Assembly: GCA_030248215.1 (NCBI GenBank)
Contig: JASANG010000273.1
Span: forward strand, 186,001 to 250,000
Origin: Enoplolaimus lenunculus
Lineage: Eukaryota
DNA length: 64,000 nucleotides
Direction of reading: 5' to 3'
Both the position numbers and the translations under genes were made by a program. Below the pieces are notes generated by a model. That model was given only the letters and a program-made list of their open reading frames with translations. It made no database searches and had not been told where the DNA came from. Every line of letters begins with the position of its first letter. Position 1 is the stretch's first letter. Below are positions 24,207 to 33,953 of this stretch, piece by piece.

Positions 24207-25943
24207 ATGCCGTTGTACAGGACCCCGACTACGGCAGCGGAACAGGAGTCAGTGGCACGGGCTACGGCACGTGAAAGCAGGGTGACAACACGAAGTATGT
24301 CACGCGAGCTTCAGGTGGAACAGGGTAAGGAAATCGAAGAGATTTCGTTACCGAGTACGATGTGTCGTCAGGAATCACTTGAATCAGTATTCCAGACGAA
24401 TGGGAACGGCATATCCGGGCAACCGACTATGATTGCGCGAGGAGCACAGGCGATGGAGATAAGGGCGCCGGGTCTAACGATGTTAGACGCGCAGCATACC
24501 GGAATGAGAGCGCAAGAGGATACAGGTATACGGCAAGGGAGTCATAGACTCGCTTATGCATCGGAGGGAAGCATAGGACATGGCGGTGTTGTAGATTCAG
24601 GCATGTCCTATCCTCGGATGACAGCGGAATATCAGAACGGGAGACAGGATTTGGAGGATTCGGGCGTATGTCGACCAGAACCGAGATACGCATTACCGAA
24701 CCCGGCTATGATGGAAGGAAATAGTTCGGAAACAGGCATGAGATGGACTCAGGCATATAGCGGGACGGAGCCGTCGCGCGGGATAAATATGATTAGGCCG
24801 CATCCACAATTAGAAATGGATGGGCCGTTGGCAAACTGGTCGGTGGAACAGCGCATGTCCATGGGGCATGGGTTGCAGCGACAACAGGCTTCCACCCAGG
24901 TGCAAGGAATAGGAGCACGGAGTCAGGACAGTGTGAAGGTAGTGGAAGAAGATAGAGGTCGCAGTCCGGGGGTGCCTCAAGCACGCTCGAGAGCGACGTC
25001 TATTCAGGAATCAGAGGAGGAGGACGACGAAATCAAGGAATTGACTCGGGTATTTGAACGAGGATTGAAATCGAAACATAGTGAGAAGTTTCGGAAATTG
25101 TGGAGTAAATTGGAAGGTGAAATGGGTCAGAGGCCGGAGTCAAGGCAGAGTCACAGATCAGGCAGAGTTAGTCGGATGTCGAATAAGTACGAAGTTAACC
25201 GGCAATCTGCGACGAAGGAGTACCGGGAAGCTACGCGAATGCATGGACCAGGGGAACAAGCCTGCTCGATGTCGATGGGAAATCAGGAATTGCCGAAAGG
25301 AGGGGTGGCACCCCACCCTGTCCCTATGGGTTACCGACAGGCGAGTTACCCGGTGTTGACCCAACCATTGGCGGGAAATGCGTATCAAGCATTTCCGGCG
25401 CAACCAGGAGTGGCTCCGCAAGCGAACGCAAGTTGGCAAGAACCCGTCATGCAAACACCGAGGATGACGGGTTTCGCGGAGATGCCACAGTTACAGGCAA
25501 TGGGGAATATGGCAAATCGGGTACCACAGCATATGGGGTACGCGAATCAGGGTGCACCACAGATCGTGGTGAAAATGCCGCAGAAATTGCCGTTGCAAAA
25601 TTTCGAAGGCAAGTCAGACTTTGGAATCTGGTACAGGAAATTTGAACGGGTGATGCAAACGGCTAAAATTGTCGACAGCGAGTCCAAAATAAATCACTTT
25701 AGGAATGATGTGAAAGGACTGGCTGACCAATATCTGGATATTTTGGAAGAGCGGTATGGACCAAACGGCTCGCAGGAGTTCGGGCAATTAGTGCGCGAAT
25801 TCCAGGAAAGGTTTGGAGAATCGACGGACCTGTCGAATAGAATGGCAGCGTTCCAGAGGATCAGGCAAAAAGGGGACGATATTTGGAGAAACAGTTTGCG
25901 AATACGGAGGAAAGTAGGGACTTGTTGTGTCAGACATTTGTGA
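24207..25943 (+). CDS. gag: Gag-like protein, N-terminal part (low-complexity Q/M/G/S-rich region followed by a capsid-like domain)
   Basis: First in-frame ATG at 24207. The segment FEGKSDFGIWYRKFE...FGQLVREFQERF...FQRIRQKGDD resembles a Ty3/Gypsy retrotransposon Gag capsid. The reading continues in the -1 frame. Confidence 0.8.
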   Translation: MPLYRTPTTAAEQESVARATARESRVTTRSMSRELQVEQGKEIEEISLPSTMCRQESLESVFQTNGNGISGQPTMIARGAQAMEIRAPGLTMLDAQHTGMRAQEDTGIRQGSHRLAYASEGSIGHGGVVDSGMSYPRMTAEYQNGRQDLEDSGVCRPEPRYALPNPAMMEGNSSETGMRWTQAYSGTEPSRGINMIRPHPQLEMDGPLANWSVEQRMSMGHGLQRQQASTQVQGIGARSQDSVKVVEEDRGRSPGVPQARSRATSIQESEEEDDEIKELTRVFERGLKSKHSEKFRKLWSKLEGEMGQRPESRQSHRSGRVSRMSNKYEVNRQSATKEYREATRMHGPGEQACSMSMGNQELPKGGVAPHPVPMGYRQASYPVLTQPLAGNAYQAFPAQPGVAPQANASWQEPVMQTPRMTGFAEMPQLQAMGNMANRVPQHMGYANQGAPQIVVKMPQKLPLQNFEGKSDFGIWYRKFERVMQTAKIVDSESKINHFRNDVKGLADQYLDILEERYGPNGSQEFGQLVREFQERFGESTDLSNRMAAFQRIRQKGDDIWRNSLRIRRKVGTCCVRHL

Positions 25944-28762
25944 ACAACTCGTTCCCGGAAATGAAACAACGGCTGCAGCTGGGTATAGTAGAGTCGTTTG
26001 AGGAGTTACGGCGCCGTGCCTTGAAGTTGCAGAGGCAACTTGAAGCTGACGGCTCGTTGAACGTGAAGGAAAAAGGGAGTAAAATGGAGTTGAAACAGGA
26101 ACAACAAACGGGTGCGACGAATGCACAACAGGAAAGGCAAAATACTGGCGCCGGGAATGCGCGGCAACAGCAGGCAGGACGAGCTCGGGCGAATAATCAG
26201 GAGCAAACGGAGGCAAGAGGTTCAGGACAGGGTCAGCAGGCTGTATCTGACCAGGTGCCACGGGATTCAGAGCGAGTCAGGAAGTTAAGAGAAGTCGGGT
26301 CGTGCTTCTTTTGTGAAGGACAAGGACATATCGCACGAGAATGTCCGGTAAAGGCGAGTAGACAGGGTGCAAGTGGAGCCGCGGTGCAGCAGAATAATGC
26401 TGGCAACGCTGGAAATAGGCAAGGACAGGCACAAGGAGGGCAAGGAGGGAGATTCTCGCCTTGCGTTCATTGCAACAGGACAAATCACCCGTCGCACGAA
26501 TGTTTTCGGGCAAATCGCTTACCGATACCGGGGTTGAACGCACCGTTACCTCCGATGACGTCAGCGAGTAGTAATCAGGTACAAGGACCGGTGATATTAC
26601 AGAGGCAAAAGGAAGTCCTGGGGCCGTGTATATCGTCACCTACGGCCGCAGCGCAGGATAGTGGGGCACCTAGTATACGGATACGGAAAATTCATGAGGA
26701 TCCGTTGCCTTCGGTTATGAAGGTGGCGAAGCTACCTGTTATAGCTAATGTATGGACAGAGGCAGAGGAGCTGCGTCTGGAGGAAACTCGCACACAGCGG
26801 ATCGCGTCAGTGTCTACCAGAGGAAGTAATGTAACGGAGATGGAGGTTTCGGAAGGAGAACCTACATCGTCAGGCGAGGCTCAGAAGCGATCGAGTGTGC
26901 CAAGTCGGGGGGCGTCGACAGCGACGTCACCTGTGGAGAAAACAGACGGCAAGAAAAAGAAATGGAAAAAGAAGGAGGACTTAATAGAGGTGAATTTGGA
27001 TGGCTCAAGCGAGGAGGAACAAATGGATACGGAGACGGTAGAGAAAGGAGCAGAGCGGATGGATATACCATCGGCAAGGCCAGGTGTGGACCAATTGTGC
27101 ACACCAGAGGCAACCGGGAAAGGAAAAGGCGTAGGAAAAGGGAAACAGTTAGTGGGTAGCGGAAGCGCATCGGACGGCGCTTCGGTTACGACGATTAAAA
27201 AAGAATGGAAGGTGCTGGACCCGGAGGCGTATCAGGAGGGGAGGTACCCACGGATGCCGACGGATACTTCATCGGTCGTGGAAGGTTCACCCTTCCTAGC
27301 GCAGCCGTGCGTAACTCCTCCTCCCCCGCCGTTGCCGGAAGGAGCGGCTGGAGACCAGCGGCAGAGAGCTCACGAGCATGTGTCCGGTGCGGAACAGCTG
27401 GTGAGGCGGACCGAGAAAAAGGTGAAGGAGAAGCAAGCAGAGCGTCAATCGATGATGGAAAAGTTGAATAAGGCATTGGAGGAGGTAATGACGCTTGTAG
27501 GAGAAAAGAGGCAGCTGGAGAACCAGGTGCAAGAATTGGCTGAGGAGAATGACAAGTTGAAAAAGATGGTAGCCGGCGATAGATGGGAGGAGTCACCGGA
27601 GCCGTCCGACGACAGGACGTCTGCGAGTCAAAAAGGAGCGTTGAAGAGACAGAGGTCTCTAACGCCGGGACGCGCACGGAAAACTGTGCGCATGGATATT
27701 GAGGAGGTGGAGTTGTCCGGGGGCACGGAGGATGAGGCGGCGTCAGTACAGGTGATAGGTGAGAAGGACGTGCCGCGGACAACGGGTGTGCAAAAGAAAC
27801 AGGAGACGCGAGGCCAAACGGCCTGGCAGATTGTGCAAAAAGAGAAAAGGAAAATGGAATTTGAACCGGTGAGTAAGGGGGAGTTTGACGTGCTAAAAGA
27901 AGCGGGGCCAACTCCGTCTCCGGAAAAGCAGCAAAAGAAACCGGTGGTGACGTTACAGGCGAAGAAAGAGGAACCGCGGGCAGAGGGGTATGTGACGCCT
28001 CCGCCGGCAGAGAAAGAGGGGTCAGAAGGGAAACTGACGCCAAGGAGATCACCACGGATACAGAAGCAGGAGGAGGCAAAGGTGCAAGAGAAATCGAAGG
28101 AGTTATTATGGGAGGAATTAATAAAGCTGCAACCTAAAAAGGTGAGGTCGCAGTCAGAGTCGGAGGAAAAACCGAGCACGAGTCTGGGTCAGCCACCGGC
28201 ACCGGGATATATCGCGGTGCGAGGGCCGGATGGAAAATTGAAATGGAGGTTCGACAAGGATGCGAGGAGAAGGGCAATGGCCCAGAGGGCGCGCGTTAGT
28301 CCGAAGAGACCAACGGGCGGATATGTACGACCGGCTGCAGGGTCGGTGGTGAGTAAAATCGGACCGAGGCAGGCGAATCCGGTGTATAGTGCATCGGCTG
28401 TGCGATCACAGACAGCGCCTGGGTACCGGGGATCTGGAGCGGTAGCGCAGAGGGTGGCTGGTAGTCCACCAGCTGGGTCGTCAGGGGTACGGCCACGTGT
28501 CCGGCAAGTGTCGGACGAGCGGTACCCTGTACGAGTTGGCGGTCGCGTGGGACAACCGCAAGTGGCGCCTGGACGTGGCTACTATAGTCAACAAGTGGAG
28601 AACGTACGACAGGCAATGCGAGAAAGTCGTCAAGTGGAACGACAACAGCAGCAACAACGGGCGTCGCGATCGTTGGGACGCGACAACCCATGGGTGACAC
28701 AAGAGGAGTTGGACGCTTATTATGCACACGTCCCTCGGGAAATTCGACGGAGGCACTTTTGA
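25883..28762 (+). CDS. gag: Gag-like protein, C-terminal part: capsid end, two CCHC zinc knuckles and ~750-aa charged/coiled-coil extension
   Basis: 959 open codons. Contains LLCQTFVNNSFPEMKQRL...SFEELRRRALKL, CFFCEGQGHIAREC (26303-26344) and CVHCNRTNHPSHEC (26462-26503). No RT (YxDD), integrase (HHCC/DDE) or convincing protease motif is visible. Confidence 0.85.
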   Translation: MEKQFANTEESRDLLCQTFVNNSFPEMKQRLQLGIVESFEELRRRALKLQRQLEADGSLNVKEKGSKMELKQEQQTGATNAQQERQNTGAGNARQQQAGRARANNQEQTEARGSGQGQQAVSDQVPRDSERVRKLREVGSCFFCEGQGHIARECPVKASRQGASGAAVQQNNAGNAGNRQGQAQGGQGGRFSPCVHCNRTNHPSHECFRANRLPIPGLNAPLPPMTSASSNQVQGPVILQRQKEVLGPCISSPTAAAQDSGAPSIRIRKIHEDPLPSVMKVAKLPVIANVWTEAEELRLEETRTQRIASVSTRGSNVTEMEVSEGEPTSSGEAQKRSSVPSRGASTATSPVEKTDGKKKKWKKKEDLIEVNLDGSSEEEQMDTETVEKGAERMDIPSARPGVDQLCTPEATGKGKGVGKGKQLVGSGSASDGASVTTIKKEWKVLDPEAYQEGRYPRMPTDTSSVVEGSPFLAQPCVTPPPPPLPEGAAGDQRQRAHEHVSGAEQLVRRTEKKVKEKQAERQSMMEKLNKALEEVMTLVGEKRQLENQVQELAEENDKLKKMVAGDRWEESPEPSDDRTSASQKGALKRQRSLTPGRARKTVRMDIEEVELSGGTEDEAASVQVIGEKDVPRTTGVQKKQETRGQTAWQIVQKEKRKMEFEPVSKGEFDVLKEAGPTPSPEKQQKKPVVTLQAKKEEPRAEGYVTPPPAEKEGSEGKLTPRRSPRIQKQEEAKVQEKSKELLWEELIKLQPKKVRSQSESEEKPSTSLGQPPAPGYIAVRGPDGKLKWRFDKDARRRAMAQRARVSPKRPTGGYVRPAAGSVVSKIGPRQANPVYSASAVRSQTAPGYRGSGAVAQRVAGSPPAGSSGVRPRVRQVSDERYPVRVGGRVGQPQVAPGRGYYSQQVENVRQAMRESRQVERQQQQQRASRSLGRDNPWVTQEELDAYYAHVPREIRRRHF

Positions 28763-29221
28763 TGGATTGGCAATAGACTTTTTATTGGGGTTGTTAAGAT
28801 GATGTTTCGGGGGTAGTGTTAAGCGGGGTGCTGGGGTTGTTACTGGTACGCCGGGTCGTTTGGGGGTAGAATAATCGTGGATTGACTTTATTGGGGGTTA
28901 GTGTTGGGGTTGCTAGTTTGGTAATGGTTCTGGGGTGATATTAAACGGGTGCTGGGGGTGCGCTGGTACGCGGTTTCGTTATTGGGATTGTGGGACGCAT
29001 TGGCAATATTGTCGTGGGTCGGCGGATGGTTCGTTATTGTTACTTGGTAAAAGAACTTTAAAAGCAAATAAAAATAAATAAAGAAAGAAAAAGAAATGAA
29101 AAAATTGTTGTTTGTTATTGTTGTTAAGTTTGTTGGTGGATTTACGCTTTTTAGCGACGGCAAAAAAGGCAGTAAATAGGGCCATAAAATTTTGTTCGAT
29201 GCCAGGGTCGGCATCTGTGCC

Positions 29222-29231
29222 GAAGGGGGGA
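29222..29231 (+). promoter_or_regulatory. Polypurine tract
   Basis: GAAGGGGGGA directly precedes TGTAGG of the 3' LTR. Confidence 0.85.
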
Positions 29232-30440
29232 TGTAGGTGGCTGGGCCACACTTAAACCTATTTCAAACTAAAAACTAAAACTAAAAATAAAACCTTAAAT
29301 CAAAACCACACTTTAAGGGAGTCCCTGGCTCCACCTAGTCTCTCTTAGAACTTAAGTTAGGCTTAGGCGTTGCTACTAGGCGTAGAAACTGTTGAATCGA
29401 TATCATGGGGGCTGTGTCCGCAATGTTAAACTTACCTGGGCCCTGTGTGGCCGTAGAAGGTCGTTGATTAATGGTGCATATCTTATTGGCTATATTTGCG
29501 ACTAAGGACATAGCTAGGCTATGTCAGCACCAAAATGGTGCTTTGATATTGTGTGTGTCTCGGGTATTGTTGTTGTTGTTGTAGGTATGGGGTTGTGCAG
29601 GAAAGGTACCGGGTGTGTGCCTCCGGACCTCATTTGCATAGCGGACACACGATTTTGGGTGTCGGCGAAATGCAAATGAGGTCGGGATGTGTATGGGTAG
29701 CCAGGACCGGAATCAGTATTACATTCTTGGCTGGTGGAAACGGTTGTTAAGTTTTGGTCTCAAATATCTGGTGCGTATATATAGTTTTATTTGACCTATT
29801 TTGTTGAACTTGCACGGATCGCGGTAAGTAGGATTGAATCAAATTAGTTTAAGTTTAGTCACGGTGGCTTAAGATGTGAAGGAAACTACGGAGTATTGGT
29901 TTAGTCGGCATTGCGCAAGGCGCGGAAATTACCCAGTATTGGATACTGGTGTTATGTGTTAAACGGGAAACTTAGGAATTACCGGAGAACCTGGGAAAAG
30001 TAGTCTAATAAATCTAACGGGGTTAGATTTATTATTCTACAACGGCTGGGCCAAATCTAACGGGGTTAGATTGGTCGGAAATTTGGTGTAACTCTAACGG
30101 GGTTAGAGTGCACGGTTTAACAGGGTGTAATTCTAACGGGGTTAGAATTGCACGGATTCTGGAAAACGGCAAACATATTAGTAACGGTAAAGCCAGTGGC
30201 TGGATTAAATCAGATTCAGGCGTCGGCTTTAAGGATTCCGGCTCGGGTTGCCAGTTAAATTGCATAACCTGTAATTTGCTGGTATTAAATATTGAATATT
30301 TGGTGTCATACGGGTTTCGGGTTGGGATTTTTAATAAACATTTACCGGCCGCATTTACTAAATCAGAGCGATAAGCATACATCGAGGAAAGAACATAACA
30401 GGCGATACAGGATACAGGCTTGAATCAAAATCACGAACTT
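29232..30440 (+). repeat. 3' LTR (1209 bp; terminal CTCACA missing)
   Basis: Direct repeat of the 5' LTR with an extra block at 29780-30090. TATA-like TATATATA at 29776-29783 and AATAAA at 30333-30338. Confidence 0.93.
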
Positions 30441-33400
30441 TGCTATTCGGTTACAGATTATTTTTTTAATTCATCCCATGTTAGTTGAACTTAACTGTAT
30501 GTTTTATATTCTTTTTCTTGGGCACAACTGACTTGCTCCGAAGTATTTTTGTTGATTACCATTTACGTTAACGTTTTGTCTGAATTTAATTAAGTTTATG
30601 CGAGATGTCTGAGCGTCTGATGCGCATTTGAGTAGTCTAGGTTATTTTTTTGGTCTCTTTTATTGACCCTAATTACGACTTTAAACTCTATGCACTACGG
30701 ACACTAATTAGGAATACAGACTTCTAATGATTGCAACTCAAAATAGAGCCTCTCTTATTCGAGTCATTACAGTATATTTTTAGCTTAAAAACAAATTTCA
30801 ATAAACCAATATGTTATCTTGCTTTGATGAGCTTTTTGGTTCACTAAAATAAACTTAAGATTACACATTTCTTTATCTTTAAGTCAACAGCAAAGAACTT
30901 CTCAAGGGAGATCATAAATCAATCAAAAACTTTGAACACCAAACAGTAGTTATAACCCCCCGTGGGAAACCGTTCAGGTGCCTGTCCCAGGGGACGGTCT
31001 TCAGGGTGGATGTGGGGTATAACTACTTTAAACAAAAAACTGTTATCAAACCACGGCTAATTTTAGTAAAAACACTACAAAATTTTTCGAACCAAATCGG
31101 GCAGATGATGACAATTTACCTTTGGGGTGATTGCGGCCCTCCCCCGTCAAGTAGCCTACCGAGAAATGTGGATCAGTGGGAGTTGACACCCGAAAACGAC
31201 TAAAATGTTGGCTCCGACCAACTAGTAGGGATACAAAGATTTTAGAGAGATGAGTATAACTCAAATTCCTCAAGAATAGCAAGTGAGCAAATCATTTTGT
31301 CTTGGCTTACATCAAGTTATTCACGGACGGAACCATGCTCATCACTTTATCTCCTCATAGCCAGCCATTCCAAAATATTTACACGGGGTTTAAAAGTTTC
31401 AGCACGAAAAAAATTTGCATAATTCTATATGTGACAGTAGGCAAAATGTTGAAAAAACACAAACAATAAACAACTGCGTGCGGTTCTGCAATTAGTTTCG
31501 CAGCTAACGATAAACACATTAATATGTATCCAGCGTACAAATATAAAGAAAGAAATAAAAGAACGCAAAGCACACAGAAAACAACAAATGTACCAAACTC
31601 AATAAAATCACAGGCGGCTATCATAAATCAAAATCAAATTATTTAAAAATAAATGAAAATTGATTAAAATTGAGAAAAACACTTAAATGTTGTAAACTAT
31701 TTAATATCAGTTGTTATGGAAGATTCCTCCATTGAGGTACGTCTTGTCGGAAATATACCGTCTGCACAACCCCTGTTCGAAGTTTTGCCTAAAGTTAAGG
31801 ACTACGCCGGGAATAGCACCTCGGCACTCTTGAACACGAGTCAAGAATGTTACCATTGCAACACGTGATCAGTGCAACAACTTCTTATACCGATATATGT
31901 GTACATGTATAGTATAGTAATTTTTTAACTTTACATACATTTACCGTGCACATGTACCGACATTATCAGGGTTGCGCTATACATTTTTGACGGACAGCGC
32001 CGTCCGTCAGCCGCACGGTACCGTCCGGCGCCGTCCGACACCGTGCGATATCGTGCGCAAATAACTCACATACGATAACGTATGGTGACGGACTATGATG
32101 GACGGCGCCGTACGGGTGGCGCACGTTACCGGACAGCGCCGGACGTCAATTATTGGGCAACCCATATGTAGCCAGAACAGAGCTACATCTTCACTAATTT
32201 TAATGGAATTCAAGTTACGTATTTGTTTACTTCTCGTTAACAACAAGTTTCCCATAAATAGTGCTTAGAATAATTAATAAATGGCCGTAGGCTTATGCTT
32301 AAATTTAGGATGAACGTCATCGTAAGTCTTACCCTAAGGCAGAAAGCATTTCATGAACAATTAGCACAGCAATAAATTTTATCACGACAGTAATAGTAAA
32401 AGATGCACACCACCATGACACTCTGAGCATCCACCGTGCAAATGTTCGTCCATAAAAGTTTCATATTTTTATATCATTTGATATTTCCTGCTACCTAAAC
32501 TTTGGCAAAACTCTACATCGTTCTTAGAATTCGAAAAAAAACCACCGAAAATCTATTTAAAGCTTAATAAACACGACAAAAACAGCAGCAAAATCATATG
32601 TAACAACAATTCCTTTTCGATAACTTTTAGCCAGAGCTGTAGGCAGAAGGCGACCAAGACGACCGTGGTTCAGGCCCGTAGCCACATCAGTTTGCTTAAA
32701 GAAGCTAACAATTTCTCAGGAGGGGTATGGAAAGGAATTCGATGACTTATAATAGCAAGGTCGAAAAGTTTCTAGGTGGGGGATTCACAAATAGGGGTTG
32801 ACGCCCAATAAAGCACCCCCCCTGGCTATGCCCTTGATAGATGCGTTACCGAATCTCATCTGACGCTACTCCGTTTAAAAATTTCTCGACCTGTCATCGA
32901 CTTTGAAATTCTTGTACTGTTTGCATGAACGATTTGTGTTCGTTTTAAACTGTCAGAAGCTAAAAACCTTGTTTTGAAACATTTAAAAAAATTCAAAATT
33001 AAATTTACGCTTCAATTGAGTTGACAAAACATTATTTACTAAACCGTTGAAATAGAATCAATGTTGCCAAAACAAACATTTGATGACTTTGTACTTGAAT
33101 TTAAACAGGAACCATGGACGGGATGGGTGTAGCCAAGAGTTTGAAGATGGGTTCCATTCTATAAAAATGTTGGCCCACGTAAAGATCATGGGCGGACGTC
33201 TTTCCGCGGGAATGCAAATGCATAAATTTAAGCTTTAAACTGTTTTTTTTTGCTTTAGGCTTCGGCTTAGGCATAGGCTTAGGCTTGGGTTTAGGTTTAG
33301 GTATATGCTTTACTACAGTTACGGCCCTGTTTTATGCATTGGCTAAAATGTTGAGGAGGGTACTTGTTTTGTAAACTGATAAAGTATTTAAAACTCCTTT

Positions 33401-33953
33401 TGCAAAAACCGTAAAGAGGGATTGACTTAAAAAACCACATCCTTATCGCGCCCGCGAAGACAAGCACCAATGCGGGGGTAAAAAGTATTCATAACCCTTA
33501 TGTTCGTCGTTCGCAATCCGGACATCCCACAGACGCCGACTTTAGGTTTAGAAAAGGCTTACCTCAACCAAAGCTGAATTGTACCGTTTACCTGTGCCTT
33601 AGCCTTAACCTTAAATGTGAAACAAGTATACAATAGCCCTTGAAAATATGAATTTAAAATATACCTGTTTACTCTCCCGTGTATACATGATGCAACAAAA
33701 AATAAAACTTAGATTTAGGCACAGACTATTAACGGCCTTTTCTAATGCATGAGACGTTCCTAGGCTTTAATATATCCCATTAAAAATATGTTTCTAGCCA
33801 AAATCCAAACAAACACAAGGTACGTAGAAATCAAGATTAACAATGCATCGTCGTCATATGAGTCCAAACAATTTTCAGCCGAATTGCCTATCCGCATAAT
33901 AATTTTGTACTCTAACAAAATAAAATGCTGGTTACAAATCTAGCTGCAACTTA

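Larger units (their letters stand above)
21774..30440 (+). mobile_element. Ty3/Gypsy-like LTR retrotransposon, non-autonomous (gag only, no pol)
   Basis: Direct repeats at 21774-22680 and 29232-30440 both begin TGTAGG. The 5' LTR ends ...TCACA and is followed by a PBS; a PPT precedes the 3' LTR. The internal ORFs contain a Gag capsid-like segment and two CX2CX4HX4C knuckles. Confidence 0.93.
21705..30772. mobile_element. ~400-bp Tc1/mariner-type MITE split by the LTR element (halves 21705-21773 and 30441-30772)
   Basis: TIRs CTGTAGTGACCCGAATAAGAG and the reverse complement CTGTAATGACTCGAATAAGAG, each flanked by TA (21703-04 and 30773-74). Confidence 0.75.

Noticed and set aside
26655..26680. 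QDSGAP as a retroviral protease active site
   Set aside because: It lacks the preceding hydrophobic residues and the downstream ILGxD motif, and it sits in a low-complexity context.
25694..28756. Minus-strand ORFs up to 294 aa opposite gag
   Set aside because: These are S/P/L/F-rich antisense shadows of a purine-rich coding strand.
21707..30771. DIRS-like or inverted-LTR retroelement suggested by the outer inverted termini
   Set aside because: The outer inverted repeats are TA-flanked MITE TIRs, and the retroelement has ordinary direct LTRs with a PBS and PPT.
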